Assembly (NCBI RefSeq): GCF_006345805.1
Contig: NC_043005.1
Span: 52,390,001-52,454,000 of the forward strand
Length of the DNA: 64,000 bases
Source of the DNA: Octopus sinensis
Lineage: Eukaryota
Reading direction: 5' to 3'
Shown here piece by piece: positions 13,693 through 27,847 of this stretch. The notes below the pieces were generated by a model. That model did not search any database. It had not been told where the DNA came from and saw only the letters and a program-made list of their open reading frames with translations. A program made the translations under genes and the position numbers. Each line of letters starts with the position of its first letter. Position 1 is the first letter of the stretch.

Positions 13693-14142
13693 TGAGGGAG
13701 AAAATGAGAAGTAGATGTTTCACCTACATTAACGTCAACTAAGGAAATTAAAAACGGCTCCAACCGAACTCTCCTGGCACACATTAACTACTGAATAGCA
13801 GAGATACACATATAACTACGACAGCAGCAGCAACAGCAGCAGCAAGAACAACAAGAACAAGCACAAGCACAAGAACAAGAACAACAGCAACAACAACACA
13901 AACAGCAACAACAATGGCAACGAAAAACAACAGCGGCACTCATAGTAACAGCAATAACAACAGCTTCACTAATTATCTCCTATCTTGATTTCTCTATCAC
14001 TTACACAACAGAAGCACAGATGTAAACTCAACACCCATTACATTACTTGATTCAGGAGGGGCGGGGAGGCAATGTGACGGCATAATGCGCTTACACGCAC
14101 ACACACATATATATATCCATAAGATTAACATACACACACACA

Positions 14143-14211
<69 letters not shown>

Positions 14212-14308
14212 ATATGTATGTATGGTATGTGTTGTACTATGTAGATAAGTGCTAGTACTTGATTGCTTTCTGTATTTAACCTTCTTAGTTTCATATGCAC
14301 CATGTACC

Positions 14309-14353
<45 letters not shown>

Positions 14354-14617
14354 ATATGTGTGTGTATGTGTGTGTGTGTGCGTGTGCATGTATATATATA
14401 TGTATATATTTGTGTACATATATATATATATATACATATATATACATATATATATATGTACACGCAAACATATATATACATACGTATATATATATATACA
14501 TGCACACGCACACAACACACATACACACATACACACACATGACGCCATGATAGATCGTTAGCCACTACACACATTGTTTTCCACCTCCTTGTTCCTCTCC
14601 TTGTTTTTTCTGTGTCC

Positions 14618-14653
14618 CTTTCTGTAGAAGAGCGTAGGCTCGAAACGTAAAAG
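14618..14653 (+). ncRNA. Minimal type I hammerhead ribozyme motif (extra-A core; A6 mutated to U)
   Basis: CTTT-CTGTAGA-A-GAGC(gtag)GCTC-GAA-AC-GT-A-AAAG; lies in a short repeat at ~14541-14724. Confidence 0.6.
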
Positions 14654-14733
14654 ACTTTTCTCTTCCTGAGCGTATACTAACTAAATTCTGTCTTCGTATT
14701 TTGTCTTTCTCGTAAACTCTCCCAATATATATA

Positions 14734-14773
<40 letters not shown>

Positions 14774-14861
14774 TAAACACATATATATTTATGTACTAAC
14801 CCCAAGTTTCCGATTTCATTCCAAGCAGTGCGCTGAATTAATAATAATAATAATAATGATG

Positions 14862-14900
<39 letters not shown>

Positions 14901-14902
14901 TA

Positions 14903-14944
<42 letters not shown>

Positions 14945-15523
14945 CAACAACAACAACATTAAAAAATACCTTGGGAATGAGAACACAGGGTTGGGTTCAA
15001 AATTCCACCAGGTAAATCAGGTAAATCAACGGAAACGTTATAATAAAAACAAACAAGAAGACGACACTTATCCGTCCAATGTAAATAATGAAAATAATGT
15101 ACAGAATTCCTCATCTCTGAAATGTAGAACAGTAAGTTTATACTTGTATGTATATAATATATGATAGTATGCCTAGTGTCCATCAGGATAGAACCTCAAA
15201 TAAACATTTGATAATTTAGCAGTTCATATTATTTCGTTTGTCCAAATCTGAAACTGTTTGATAATCAGCTGTTCTATTGACGTACCGTATGCTAGCAACG
15301 AATAATCGCTAGGAAATGACAAGAATTCTAGATTGAACAGTAGTTTTGTTGGCATTTCCGTTTGAGCTTCGCCTTTTCACATGGCCAACTCCATAAAAAT
15401 CTCAAATACCGAATGTTACCTAGATGCCTAGGGACATTTCAGCCTAAAAAATATTTGCCCAAATAATTGGCAGAAATATGTAATTCACGAACATTATATT
15501 GGTTTAAAATATATTTTGGTGAA

Positions 15524-15680
15524 GGGGTAAGTCACTTGCATCAAACCCAGGACTCAACTAGTACCTATTTTTCGGTCCCCAATGGATTAAAGGCAATGTT
15601 CGACCTCGGCGGAATTCGAACGCAGAACGTAAAGAAGGACGAAATGCTACGAAGCATTTTGTCTGATGTGCTAACGCTCG
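15524..15680 (-). mobile_element. SINE family 1, diverged
   Basis: Reverse unit. Confidence 0.7.
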
Positions 15681-16170
15681 CTCTAATTCACGAACATTAT
15701 ATTGTCACATGCTGTCATGTCCAGATATTCCATGTGGTGGAGTCCGTCAACCTACAAACGTCAGGCTTCTATCTGTAAAATAAGCTAACAGCTTTCAGCC
15801 TACTAACTTTTTTGCATCAAGTTCTACGTTAGAACCGCCTTCAGGCATGAAAACATTGGACAATTGCCTTTATGTCTCGCCAATCTAGGGGCTCACTTCT
15901 GATGTATGACAGCTAACTGTCAATAGACAAACACTCTAGGGCTCAGTGCACTGAATTGCTCGGGGGCCTATAATACGTTCAAAGCCGGTTTTGATTTGAA
16001 CGTATAATTGACGAGTGGTTTGTCCGCAATGATCTTGAGTTAGGTTCTCCTTATTGGGGATGGGGCAAGAAATTTAACGTTCAAGTGTCTAAGACCATTC
16101 GACCATTAATGTGTACCACGATTTAGGTACAAGTATTATAACAAACAGTGACAGTAATATTCAGTTATGG

Positions 16171-16387
16171 TAAGGCGGTGAGCTGGAAGAATCGTTAGTC
16201 GACGGGGAAAAAAACGCTTAGCAGCATCTCGTCCGTCTTCATGTTCTGAGTTCAAATTCCGCCAAGTTCAACATTGCTTTTCATCATTTCGGGGTCGGTA
16301 AAATGAGTACCAGTTGAACACTGTGGTCGATGAACTCGACTTATCCACCTCCCTGAAATTGCTGGTTTTGTGCCAAAATGTGAAACC
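16171..16387 (+). mobile_element. SINE family 1 with perfect 15-bp target-site duplication
   Basis: AATATTCAGTTATGG at 16156-16170 and 16388-16402 flanks a full unit. Confidence 0.92.
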
Positions 16388-16785
16388 AATATTCAGTTAT
16401 GGCATCTTATTTTAGCTCTCATTGTTGAATTCCTTTCTTCTAATGTCTATACAGAAATAATGGCGAAATAGGAAACAAAATGTAAATAACATGAACCTGG
16501 GTACGTTCACTGACATTCATTGTAGCTTAATCTAAATTTGTTGGCTTTTCGTTAATCTTATTGCTATTAGACATGTTTCTCTTATTACGTTGAGAGATTT
16601 CTATTTCGATTGAAAATCGGTTTTGAAAGGAATATCAGTGTATATTTGCTGAATGTCTGTGTGTGTGTGTGTGTGTGCTTGAGTAATTGTGCCCGGTGTG
16701 AATTACACACACACACACATGAATATAGGTGCTTATATAATATATATATATTATATATATATATATATATAATATATATATATCA

Positions 16786-16829
<44 letters not shown>

Positions 16830-16830
16830 G

Positions 16831-16869
<39 letters not shown>

Positions 16870-17839
16870 ATATAGATATGATGAGAGTGTGAGAGAAGTG
16901 AGAGAGAGTGTGTGAGTGCGTGTGTGACAGAGATAAGTAGTAGATAGATAGATAGTAGACAGGAGAGAGGGAGAGAGAGAGAGATGAAGAGAGAGAGAGA
17001 GGAAAGAGAGAGATGCATACTTATAAATATTAAATAATACTTCTTTAAGTGGGTATCATTTTATTATATCATTACAGACACCTTCGTTCTGCAAAGTGGA
17101 TGTATTTACATAATTTTATTTTCATATTTTATTATCATTATATTTCTCATATATTTGTATCGTATTTTTTGTATCGTTTAACTAGCCATTAGCCACAGTC
17201 CATTAAGCAAATAGCAATGGGAAACATTGCAAACCAATTGCTTTCAAGTTGTAAATAAATGTGAATATTATTTAATTACGGGGTCACATTTTCATCGGAG
17301 CATATGGGGAGAATAAAAGGGATTAGCTATTTCTGTTTCGAATTATGCGCTTTCCCTTTTCTTTGATTTGGAGCAGTAGAAATGGCTGTTATTCTGAATA
17401 ACGTTTGGAACATTGTACCGATATACTGCTTGCATAGCCGCATGCAAATATGAACTCGACGAAATTTGCCTAGAGTATGTATGTATGTATGTATGTATGT
17501 ATGTATGTATGTATATTGAAATGGATAAATGAATTATCTTGTTAAGGATTATTCAAAATTTAACCGATACCTGGATAGCAAAATCCCAACAAAAAAAACA
17601 CGGTTGAAGTTACGACCTTGGGGTGTCGCAACCGTGCCTTAGCGCGGATAATTGAAGTTTAATATATTTAGTGAAGGGAAGAAATGGAGCTAAACGAAGA
17701 TTCTACAGAATTCCTTTTATTATTTTCTACACATGTTTCAAAGGCCGCAAATTTCCAAATTCGGATTGAATAAGGAGACCATTTTGCAGCTTTCTCTTCA
17801 GGAAAATCCAGGAATTTAAATCTCCAATAAATATGTATG

Positions 17840-17873
<34 letters not shown>

Positions 17874-17908
17874 TGTATGTGTATGTATGTATGTATGTAT
17901 GTATGTAT

Positions 17909-18225
17909 ATCTCTTCTATCTTTTAATTATTATGAATTTTCCATTGAGGAGGGAGCTGGATTTCAACAAAGATACAAGGCTCCATCTTTGGGATGTAGTT
18001 AGCACAGGCAAATTCACATTTGGAACTTGAGTAAAAAATCTTTTACTGTTCCACTGACAGATTGGACTTGTAATGTACGAATCAGCCAGTTTATCCAGAT
18101 TCCCCTTTAAGCATTTACTAAAAAAAACAGTGCTCCAATTATTATTGGTATGAATATGAATTCAGACCATAGTCCGGATATAGAAGCTGGAGGTTTCAAA
18201 GTAGTTGTCCACAGATATGTGTGTC
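17909..18225 (-). mobile_element. 3' end of RLE-type LINE, same family as 48510-49800
   Basis: Reverse complement aligns to ~49500-49800 (…QLL…LYPDYG…PIIIGAL and 3' UTR); abuts (TATG)n. Confidence 0.85.
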
Positions 18226-18375
18226 TTCAACTGCTGAAAGCCTAGAGAAGACCACATAAAAAAATTGCTATTGCTAGTTGGTATCACTAGGCTGTAATCG
18301 ACATAATAAAATAATAGCTTTTCTATACATGCTCAAAAACGTTTACTTTCCACGAAATTAAAGGATATAGTATGT

Positions 18376-18420
<45 letters not shown>

Positions 18421-18477
18421 GAGAGGAGGGAGGGGAGGGGGAGGGGTAGAATGAGATACAGAGAGAGAGAGACAGAC

Positions 18478-18513
<36 letters not shown>

Positions 18514-18798
18514 TTAATTAAAATATGCTGTTAGTGTATTCTGTACACCTGGGGAACATAATTATAAAAACCAGAATTTACGACAGAAATATTCCGTTAA
18601 TGCTGTAAACGTTCGCATCGAGCAGTTTAGTTCCGTATTTCATAGTCACACGTTTATATATCCAAGGTTATTCTTCTTTAACTAAGATCTAACTAAGCTA
18701 TAACTAGAAAAATGTAGATATTGTAATCAAACTTTATAATACTAATTAAACATAAATAATTCTAATTTTACACTTCTGTGCATGGAAGTTACGCTAAG

Positions 18799-18869
18799 TT
18801 ACGGGGACGAACCGCACCAACATTGATTGTCAAGCGATGGTGGTGGTGGTGGGGACACACTAATATGAT

Positions 18870-18915
<46 letters not shown>

Positions 18916-19263
18916 TATATATATGTTTCCGACGAAGAGCTCCGCTCGAAACGTTAAACCCTCCTTCCCTTCTTTCCTGAGCGTCAATAATACTTTAATT
19001 GTTCCACGTCCTGCGTTGCTGTGTTTTTTTCTCTTTTTTTTTCTCTTTTTTTCTGTGTTTTCTTGTTTGGATTAACTATATATATATATATATACATATA
19101 CGATGGGCTTCTTTCACTTTCCATCAACCAAATCCACTAACAAAACTTTGGTCGGCCCGAGGCTATAATAGAAGACACTTTCCCAAGATGCCGCGTAGTG
19201 GGACTGAACCCGAAACCATGTGGCTGGGGAGCAAACTTCTTACCGCAGGGCCACGCCTGCGTC
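18799..19263 (-). mobile_element. SINE family 2 with nested hammerhead-bearing insert in its internal microsatellite
   Basis: Head at ~19100-19263, 3' part at 18799-18850, separated by (TA)n/(CA)n plus the ~18925-19077 insert. Confidence 0.8.
18925..18959 (+). ncRNA. Minimal type I hammerhead ribozyme motif (extra-A core; U4 mutated to C)
   Basis: GTTT-CCGACGA-A-GAGC(tcc)GCTC-GAA-AC-GT-T-AAAC. Confidence 0.65.
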
Positions 19264-19558
19264 TATTTATATTTGTTTCAATCATAACACTACGGTCATG
19301 AATACAGCATTGTAGACGAGTTTGTTAACGCCACCAGATGACTTACTAATAACAATTTTTCCGTAGACCTGCAAAATCCCGTATTATTTACACCACAGCT
19401 CATCAGCCATTGCGCAGCGGGCCAGAACCACCCGTGAATCACATTGTGCCGATCGCACAGAAACAATAAATTTTAAAATTTTATTTCTATTATATTGATT
19501 TCGCAGCCTGCAGGATGTTTATTGCATTATATATGCATATATATGTATACATGCATAC

Positions 19559-19609
<51 letters not shown>

Positions 19610-21017
19610 TACTATATATATATATATATATATATATACGCATATATATATATATATACGCATATATATATATATACGCATATATATATATAGATCTACG
19701 CATACACACGCACGCACGCACGCACACACACCACACACACACACATATATATATTATACATAAGAAATAAGGAACAAACTAATTAATGTCGTATATTCTT
19801 ACCTCTCCCTATTTTACTATGGTCTTATGTATTTGAGGAAAGCGGGTTATTTCAAATTGATATAATGCTTACATTAATTGATTAAATGGAGCTGCTTGAA
19901 ACGGCCGTAATGCACTCATACCTGGACATCCTTGTTACTTGTTTGCTTTTTATTCACCTAACTTCGGGCTGTGCGGACCATACCGGACTGACTTGCTGCC
20001 TCAACTTAAGTACCTAATTCAATTGAATCTTAATTATACATATCACCTCAGAGTTTCCTATGTTCCTATGTTCCCTGGTTTAATTCCTGGACGTGAAACA
20101 TTTTCATATTAACGTTTCTATCCTTTCGGAAACTTCATCATTACCAACTCATTTCTGTGTTATGTTGTTGAACAAATTTTAAGAACCATATTGTACCCAA
20201 ACTTTGGAAATAACGTTGAATTTGGAGTGTTAAACTTGACAGTATTTCTCTCATATTTGAAGAAGATAATATGAAAGCATCTTAATAAGATGGAACGTGG
20301 AGTAAACAATTTATAATTTGTAATAAAAATTCTTTGCCTTTGGCAGCTCATATTTAATATCAGTCACAAAATTTGAAACATGAATTTTGAGAAAATACAG
20401 GTTGTGAAATTACTATGTCTTCTTCTGAAATAGAAAGAAAGAAAGAAAAATAAAAGTCAAATTTTCTCTCTAAATAAAATATAACTGCAGAGAAATGATG
20501 CGTCCTAATTTTGTTTTAAACAACCCATATTACTTAGCTTGAGGTCATCACTGCTGCATGATTCAATAGCTTCCAGACAAGACCACCACACACTTTGCCG
20601 TCATTTTTCTTATTTAAGAGGGGTAGACAGTTTTGAGGGTTTTTTTTTGTTTTTATTTCTCGCAGGTCACTTGAAAGACGACGTGAACACTAGCTTTTTT
20701 CGTACGAGCAGTTACCTTTTTCTCCGTTTGTTAGATCTTTCTATTCGGTCAAAACTATTTTCGATTTCTTTTATTACTTTCCATCATATTATTTCAACCT
20801 TACACACATATATTATTTTATAGCCTTCCCAGTACAATATTTCTCCTGTATTCTTTGTTGATTATTTGTTGTAGCTTTGGTTAATGTTGTTTTGGTTGCC
20901 GTTGTTAATGATAATGACGTTTCTTAAATTTTAAGTCACGTTAACCTTTAAAATCTTAGCCTCATACAACGCTTCTCTCATATTTAGTGGAAATTCTCGC
21001 CTCATCGTTTGGCAATC

Positions 21018-21085
<68 letters not shown>

Positions 21086-21089
21086 CATT

Positions 21090-21492
21090 ATGTTTTTTCC
21101 TTCTTTCTTCAAATTTTCTTCCGTTTCTCGCCGAGTGTTTTCGATACACCTAGAGCAGAGAAGGGCATTGTATGCATTCCCAGATTACAAGCGCAAATTC
21201 ACAGATAAAATATGTATTTCAAAATTAATAAATAAATTCATGGATGGATGTTATTTTCACAGCGATAATGCTCTTCTCAGTACATGAGCCGTTCCAGTTA
21301 ATACGATTTTTGCACTTCCTGTAGGGATGGTAAGCCTGGAATCATTTTCAAATAGGTTTCAGTACCTTTCTTTTATCATTCCTAGAGATCCTACAATCAC
21401 TGGTACTGTAGTCGCCTTGAGATGCCACATTTTTTCAATTTCTATTAGCAAGTCTTTATATTTACTAATCTTGTCACATTCTTTCGCCGCTA
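21090..21492 (-). pseudogene. 3' end of Dong/R4-type LINE (RLE endonuclease C-terminus + 3' UTR)
   Basis: Minus strand: KECDKISKYKDLLIEIEKMWHLKATTVPVIVGSLGMIK...KIVLTGTAHVLRRALSL*, followed by (AAT)n. Confidence 0.85.
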
Positions 21493-21493
21493 T

Positions 21494-21551
<58 letters not shown>

Positions 21552-21561
21552 CCATCACCAC

Positions 21562-21596
<35 letters not shown>

Positions 21597-21688
21597 CCAC
21601 CACCATCATCACCATCACCACCACCACCATCATCACCATCATCACCATCATCACCATCACCACCATCATAACCATCACCACCACCACC

Positions 21689-21735
<47 letters not shown>

Positions 21736-21736
21736 T

Positions 21737-21801
<65 letters not shown>

Positions 21802-21873
21802 CATCATTATCATTATTATTATTATCATTATCATTATTATTATCATTATTATATTAATTCTATTATTATTATT
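21493..21873. repeat. Compound (CAT)n/(CAC)n/(TAT)n microsatellite
   Basis: Direct reading. Confidence 0.95.
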
Positions 21874-22428
21874 GGGTGAGAGAGCAGTGCATGCCATCAA
21901 AGTGACACTGGGGTAAAATATACGAAGCCCAGTATACCCATCATGACTACTCGTCTGATAAGGGTACATGAGGCACATGCATCACAACCATATGTGCGCG
22001 ACATGGTGATCTCATATCGAGATAAACAGCACATGCCCTTGCAGGTGGAGCCCACTTAGGATTTCCTTCTGGTCAAGTAAGCCATCCCGCTCAAAAGGTC
22101 TCTGAATAAGGGTTGTTTAAGGATGTTGAATGAGACACCCATGTTTCCAGAGGTGAATTATTCACACCACAAATAATCCCTCTCAACACGTGGCTATGAT
22201 GCTCCCCACTTCTTCTACTCGTGATCAGAGATGCATACATTGTCAGCCACTAAGGGACATTCTCAACTGGTTAAGGCCAAGCAACTGACTAGCAAATCTG
22301 CGGTATTGAGCAGAATATTTGCTGTAGCTCATCTTTTATACCGAGACAAAACAATGTACATGATAACACTTCCAATCTGTTAAGATCAGGAGCCATGCGA
22401 GCCTCTGTCTGGTACTCATCAGGACATT
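21874..22428 (-). mobile_element. ~550-bp (AAT)n-associated repeat, longest copy 2
   Basis: Reverse complement of 707-1167 and 38559-39078. Confidence 0.85.
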
Positions 22429-22453
22429 TCTTCTTCTTCTTCTTCTTCTTCTT

Positions 22454-22640
<187 letters not shown>

Positions 22641-22716
22641 TTGGTAGGCCATAAACCAAACTCAATAGTTCGTTCTACTATTATTATTATTATTATATTA
22701 TTATTATATTATTATT

Positions 22717-22757
<41 letters not shown>

Positions 22758-22840
22758 TATTATCATTATATTATTATAATTATTATTATTATTATTATTA
22801 TATTATTATTATTTTTATTATTATATTATTATTATTATTA

Positions 22841-23050
22841 AGACAGTGAGCCTGCAGAATCATTAGCACGCCGGGTGAAATTCTTCGCTGTATTTCTCTC
22901 GTCGCTACGTCGCTACGTTCTGAGTTCAAATTCCGCCGAGGTCGACGTTGTCTCTCATCCTTTCAGGGTCGATAAATTAAGTAGCAGTTGAATGTAATTG
23001 ACTTAGCCAATTCCATGAAACGACTGGCCTGATGCCAACATTTGAAACCG
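22841..23050 (+). mobile_element. SINE family 1
   Basis: Full unit. Confidence 0.85.
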
Positions 23051-23550
23051 TTATTATTGACGATTTCATTCAGGCTCGTTCTTATTCCTGGTAAAATTTA
23101 CTATCCGTAACTTTAGGTATCCACTAGTTTTCAGTAGTTTTTCACCTGCTTAAAATCCTCCTGATAATAGTTCCTGTTCCTAAAATGCAAATTTTCTGTA
23201 GAAGCTCTTCAGAGCGTTCAATTCCAACACCCTTCAATCATTTGTTTATATCTTTACTAACAACTTAATGTTAAACATAATATGCCTAACATAGAGATAT
23301 GAAATATAAAATAGCGGACGACAAGCTTTCTTTTTCCACAGCAAGGCAGATAGAATGGGAACTGAAATAAAATTTAATGTATATATGGTGTCAAAAATGG
23401 TATGTTTCTTGATGAGCTTCGCCACATGAAGGACCCCGACGAAACTTGAATTACAATGAATGTCAAAGTTGAGTGAGCTCGCCTAACCCTTATTCTCTGC
23501 ATCATGAATATAAAGTCATTTACTTGGTTAAGCTCGTGTCTGTTACTCAC

Positions 23551-23630
23551 CTTTGATAAATTTACTGAAGAGCTGCACCTCCTTTTCTCTCATTAAGTGG
23601 AAGTTGAAGACAATGAAGAAAACGTTTTTT
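23551..23630 (-). CDS. Weak candidate exon ending in phase 1 (...FNFHLMREKEVQLFSKFIK)
   Basis: Consensus AAG|GTGAGT donor at 23551; acceptor uncertain. Confidence 0.18.
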
Positions 23631-23782
23631 CTTATGACATACCACCAATAAAGTACAAGTAATTAGTAATAAAACAGGTCGTAAGCAATCATTTAGTTTG
23701 TTGCAATTTACAAAAGAAAAGGGAGAAAAATTAAACTTAACGAGAAGCTGTCTTAACGTGATAATAAAAATATTTAGAATAT

Positions 23783-24114
23783 CTATAAAATGAATATCTC
23801 TTTCAGATGAAACAAGAAGAAGGAGGACCATTCCATAAGATTAACGGATCAGGAAAGAAACTAATGCAGTGGAAATATTTCTAACAGGGTGGTACAACAA
23901 TTGAAGGATGAGAATTAAGTAGAAAATGAGGCTTTCAACTAGTAAAATTAAAAAGAGGTTATAAAATGAACATCTCTATCAGATGAAACAAGAAGGAGGA
24001 CCTTTGCATAAGATTGATGGATCAGGAGAGAAACGAATGCAGTGGAAATATTTCTAACAGGATGGTACAACAATGGATGGATGAGAATTTAGTAGAAAAC
24101 GAGGCTTTCAACTA
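23783..24114. repeat. Diverged tandem duplication (~175-bp period)
   Basis: TATAAAATGAA...ATGAAACAAGAA...GCAGTGGAAATATTTCTAACAG...GAGGCTTTCAACTA occurs twice. Confidence 0.9.
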
Positions 24115-24255
24115 TAAGGTTGTCCCAAAAGTTCGTAGAAAGTCTTGAAAAATAATGGTCTTTATTTTGAGGAATAATTTTTGTTGTTTTTGTTAGTACC
24201 TGGCGAGTAAAAATTCTATTTTCGCAAGTGTTTACGAACTTTTGGGATAACCTAA
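24115..24255. mobile_element. Mariner-type MITE, 141 bp
   Basis: TIRs T(A/T)AGGTTRTCCCAAAAGTTCGTA, TA at 24113-14 and 24256-57; empty site in the paralogous upstream repeat unit. Confidence 0.85.
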
Positions 24256-24829
24256 TATTAAACTTAAAAAAGAGGTATAAGATTGAAAATTCAGCCACGG
24301 AAGTATTTATAGAATAGAAATAGGGAAATATTTATAGAATATAAGAAAGAGGGACTGAAGTTTAGGTACGAAAAGGAAAGCATCCGTTGCAAGTCCTTTG
24401 AGTCACATTCATCTCACAAAATCCTTTTGCTGTAGTCATGCAATTCAGCAGAACTTACAGGGGTAAATTTTGAGACGGTGAGTGTTTTTAATATCGCTCA
24501 TGAAAAGAACAGGCACGAAAAATATGATTATAAACAAAACAAAAAGAAATGTAAGAAACTGCACCTTAAAACCAGTACTCCTATTAGGGGTGGTGACCTA
24601 ATGTTGAAGCTCTGCATATGCCAGATATTTTTTATTAACATGCGGTCCACAGAGGTATAGGGCCAAATATTTTCTTTGCACAAACACTTTACTAAGTCCG
24701 ACAAACTAACGGCTTTTCATAATAAAATATCTCAGCAACAACAATACTATCAAATGATAATATTATTGACACTAATAATAACAGCATTAATAATTGCAAC
24801 GACGACGACGGCGATGATGATGATGATGT

Positions 24830-24870
<41 letters not shown>

Positions 24871-25767
24871 GTGATGATGATGGTCATAAAATTAACCATA
24901 AATAACTGAAACAAAAAACGAAACTGTTAAGAAGAATCGAAAAGACTTAGAAGAACAAAATGAGGCATATATTATTTCGGCAGTTATTGATGAAAACGTT
25001 GGGTTAATGTCAGGGATAATACAGCAAGAATATTAAGAGGCTTTTGTGTTTTTATGGCTGCATTAATGGTGCACGAGAGTCCTTCATTTGCTTTCTTAAA
25101 GAGTTTCGTTTGAGAATGGTCAGGAAACATCATCAGAGAAGCATAACCACAAAGAAACTAAAGGTTCATTAATTGCTTTGGATGGTAGAAGATATCAATA
25201 CATACATAAACATACACACATTCATGCATATGTTTATGTGAATTTCTAGACACACACAAACAGATACACGCACAAACATATGCACTCTCGTATATGTTTA
25301 CAGAGAGAGAGAGGGGGAGACAGACAGACAGAAGGCGGAGGAGAGAGAGAAGAGAGAGAAAGAAAGAGAAATGAGAGTCATAAGGATAATAAGAAGTATG
25401 TATGTGCGTGTGTATATATATATATATATATAAATGTGTATATATACTTTTATATATATAGACATGTTTATATATACATGTATATATACATACATAATAT
25501 ATTTATATGTGTGTAGAGAAAGAATGGGAGGGAGAGAGGGAGAATAAGTTTTACTTTCAACAATGCTTAGTTGTTTTGATAAACGTGTCTGTGTTGAGTA
25601 GACGTTGATTGTGAAGCATTATTACACTAATGTTAATGTTTGTTGCAACATATTAGCCGCATATATATAGATATATATTATATATATATATATGTAGGTA
25701 TGTATATCTATGTTATGAATATCTATATATATATTTATATGAATAAGTATGTTTTACATATATATAT

Positions 25768-25800
<33 letters not shown>

Positions 25801-25864
25801 GTATATATTATATATATATATATAGTATATATATGTATCTTATATGTATATATATATATATATA

Positions 25865-25920
<56 letters not shown>

Positions 25921-26120
25921 GTGTGTGTGTGTGTGTGTTTTAGTAGGTATGAAATAATATGAAATAAGTGATTGCAATGTCATGAAATACTAATGCCAGT
26001 TCAAATCTGAGTCGTTGTTGATTCCACCGCCAGCCCCTAATAATAGTAGTAGTAGTAGTAGTAGTAGTAATAATAATACTAATAATAATAACAATAACAA
26101 CAATAATAATAATGATGATA

Positions 26121-26172
<52 letters not shown>

Positions 26173-26905
26173 GTATAATAATAATAATAACAACAACAGC
26201 AACAACAATAATAATAATAAATAAAGGTGGCAATAACACTAATATACATTTAATCTAATATATATCTTGTGAACTCTTTCCCCACTCTCTTCATAAATCA
26301 CTCCCCTTTATATGATTGCATTATGATAATGTTTCCTTCTGATGAGAAACTTAGTTCTTTTATATTTTATGAAGTTGTTATTGAACCCCGCGTCCGTAAT
26401 AATCCGGCCGTTCTATAATCGATGCTACTCCTACCACCCCGTTTAGAGTGTCCAATGTGTTTAAGACGTTGCTGTTCAGCTGGAAATAGATATGGCTGTT
26501 ATATTTAGCAGCCTGATCGGCCGTTTTATGGATGTATAATAGTTGAGAATATAATGCTTCTCCTTTCTTCTGCAATAGTGCTTGCGTTCATAATTAATTT
26601 CGAAAATGCTTGAAAACCTTAGCGTACCATTTGTTATGCTTTTAAGGGTATTTAAATATCGATTTCAAATTTAAGCAGAAGGCCAACGATTTCTGAGGTA
26701 AGGGTACCTCGATTACATCTGCTTGTCTTCCATAAGCAACCTTGCCCGGACTTGTGTCAAAGGGGAACATTCTTTATGTTGCATGTCTCGTTTCTGTGTT
26801 TGTTTTTTCGTTGTTTGAAAAAAGTTCGTCTTCTATGTTTTTGTTTTTATGTTTACGTTTCTCATTGTGTTCAACGTTTTTTTTATGTCCTGTACCCATA
26901 TATGC

Positions 26906-27005
<100 letters not shown>

Positions 27006-27341
27006 GTAGGTATGTATATATATGTAGTTATGTACATATGTATGTATATATGCATATATTTATATTTATTTATATTATTATATTATTATATGATCGAACG
27101 ACACACATCCTTTTCCAAGTAAGTTTTAGCTACACACACACACAATTATATATATTTATATATATATATACACGTATGCGCGCGTGTACATACGTACATA
27201 TGCATGTATATATCTGAATCTATGTACGTATGTATGTGTGTATGTATGTATGTATGTATGTATGTATCTATCTATCTATCTATCTATCTATCTAGCTAGC
27301 TAGCTAGCTATATATCTATCTAATCTTTCTATCTATCTATT

Positions 27342-27847
27342 TGTTCCGTTTACTGCATTACTAAAGATAATATGAAGAACATTTGTATCTTTTATCACGT
27401 CTTGTGATGCTTGGTTAAGCGTTCGTTCTCATTCAGATCACATTCGAGTTTATTGCTTATTGCTGGTTGTAGAAGCATTAGGTAGAAACTGAGATATATT
27501 TTTCGAACGGATTCCACTGCCTAAGATCTGAACGCGGCTCGGCTTAACCCGCACGACGGACGATGAACTTTGTATTTATTTTGTATTTACCAGGACATAT
27601 TCTTTTCTGTCAAATTATTACGTTGATTCCTTCGGAGAAATCCTTTCTGCTTCCGTAAGGTCCTATCAATTAAAACTACAACAATAACAATATAATAAAA
27701 AGGAAGAACAGCAAAAAAAGCAACATACTCTCTGTTGGAAAATGAATGTATTCTGAATGACAACGAACGGTTAACCAAGCATCAGAAGACGTGATAATAG
27801 ATACAAATGTTCTTTATGTTATCTCTAGTAACGCAGTAAACGAAACA
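27342..27847. mobile_element. Non-autonomous DNA transposon, TGT...ACA ends, ~105-bp TIRs, 4-bp TSD (Ginger-like)
   Basis: 27342-~27446 is an inverted match to ~27743-27847; TATT at 27338-41 and 27848-51. Confidence 0.8.

Noticed and set aside
14960-15135. Repeat-like segment containing GAAACGTT
   Set aside because: Hammerhead 5' core absent in this copy; family assignment only from memory
24436-24477. Plus-strand 42-nt pseudo-exon (SCNSAELTGVNFET); similar plus-strand sites at 13406, 20666 and 41895-41949
   Set aside because: Splice-like sites without a consistent phase chain or recognisable protein; expected by chance
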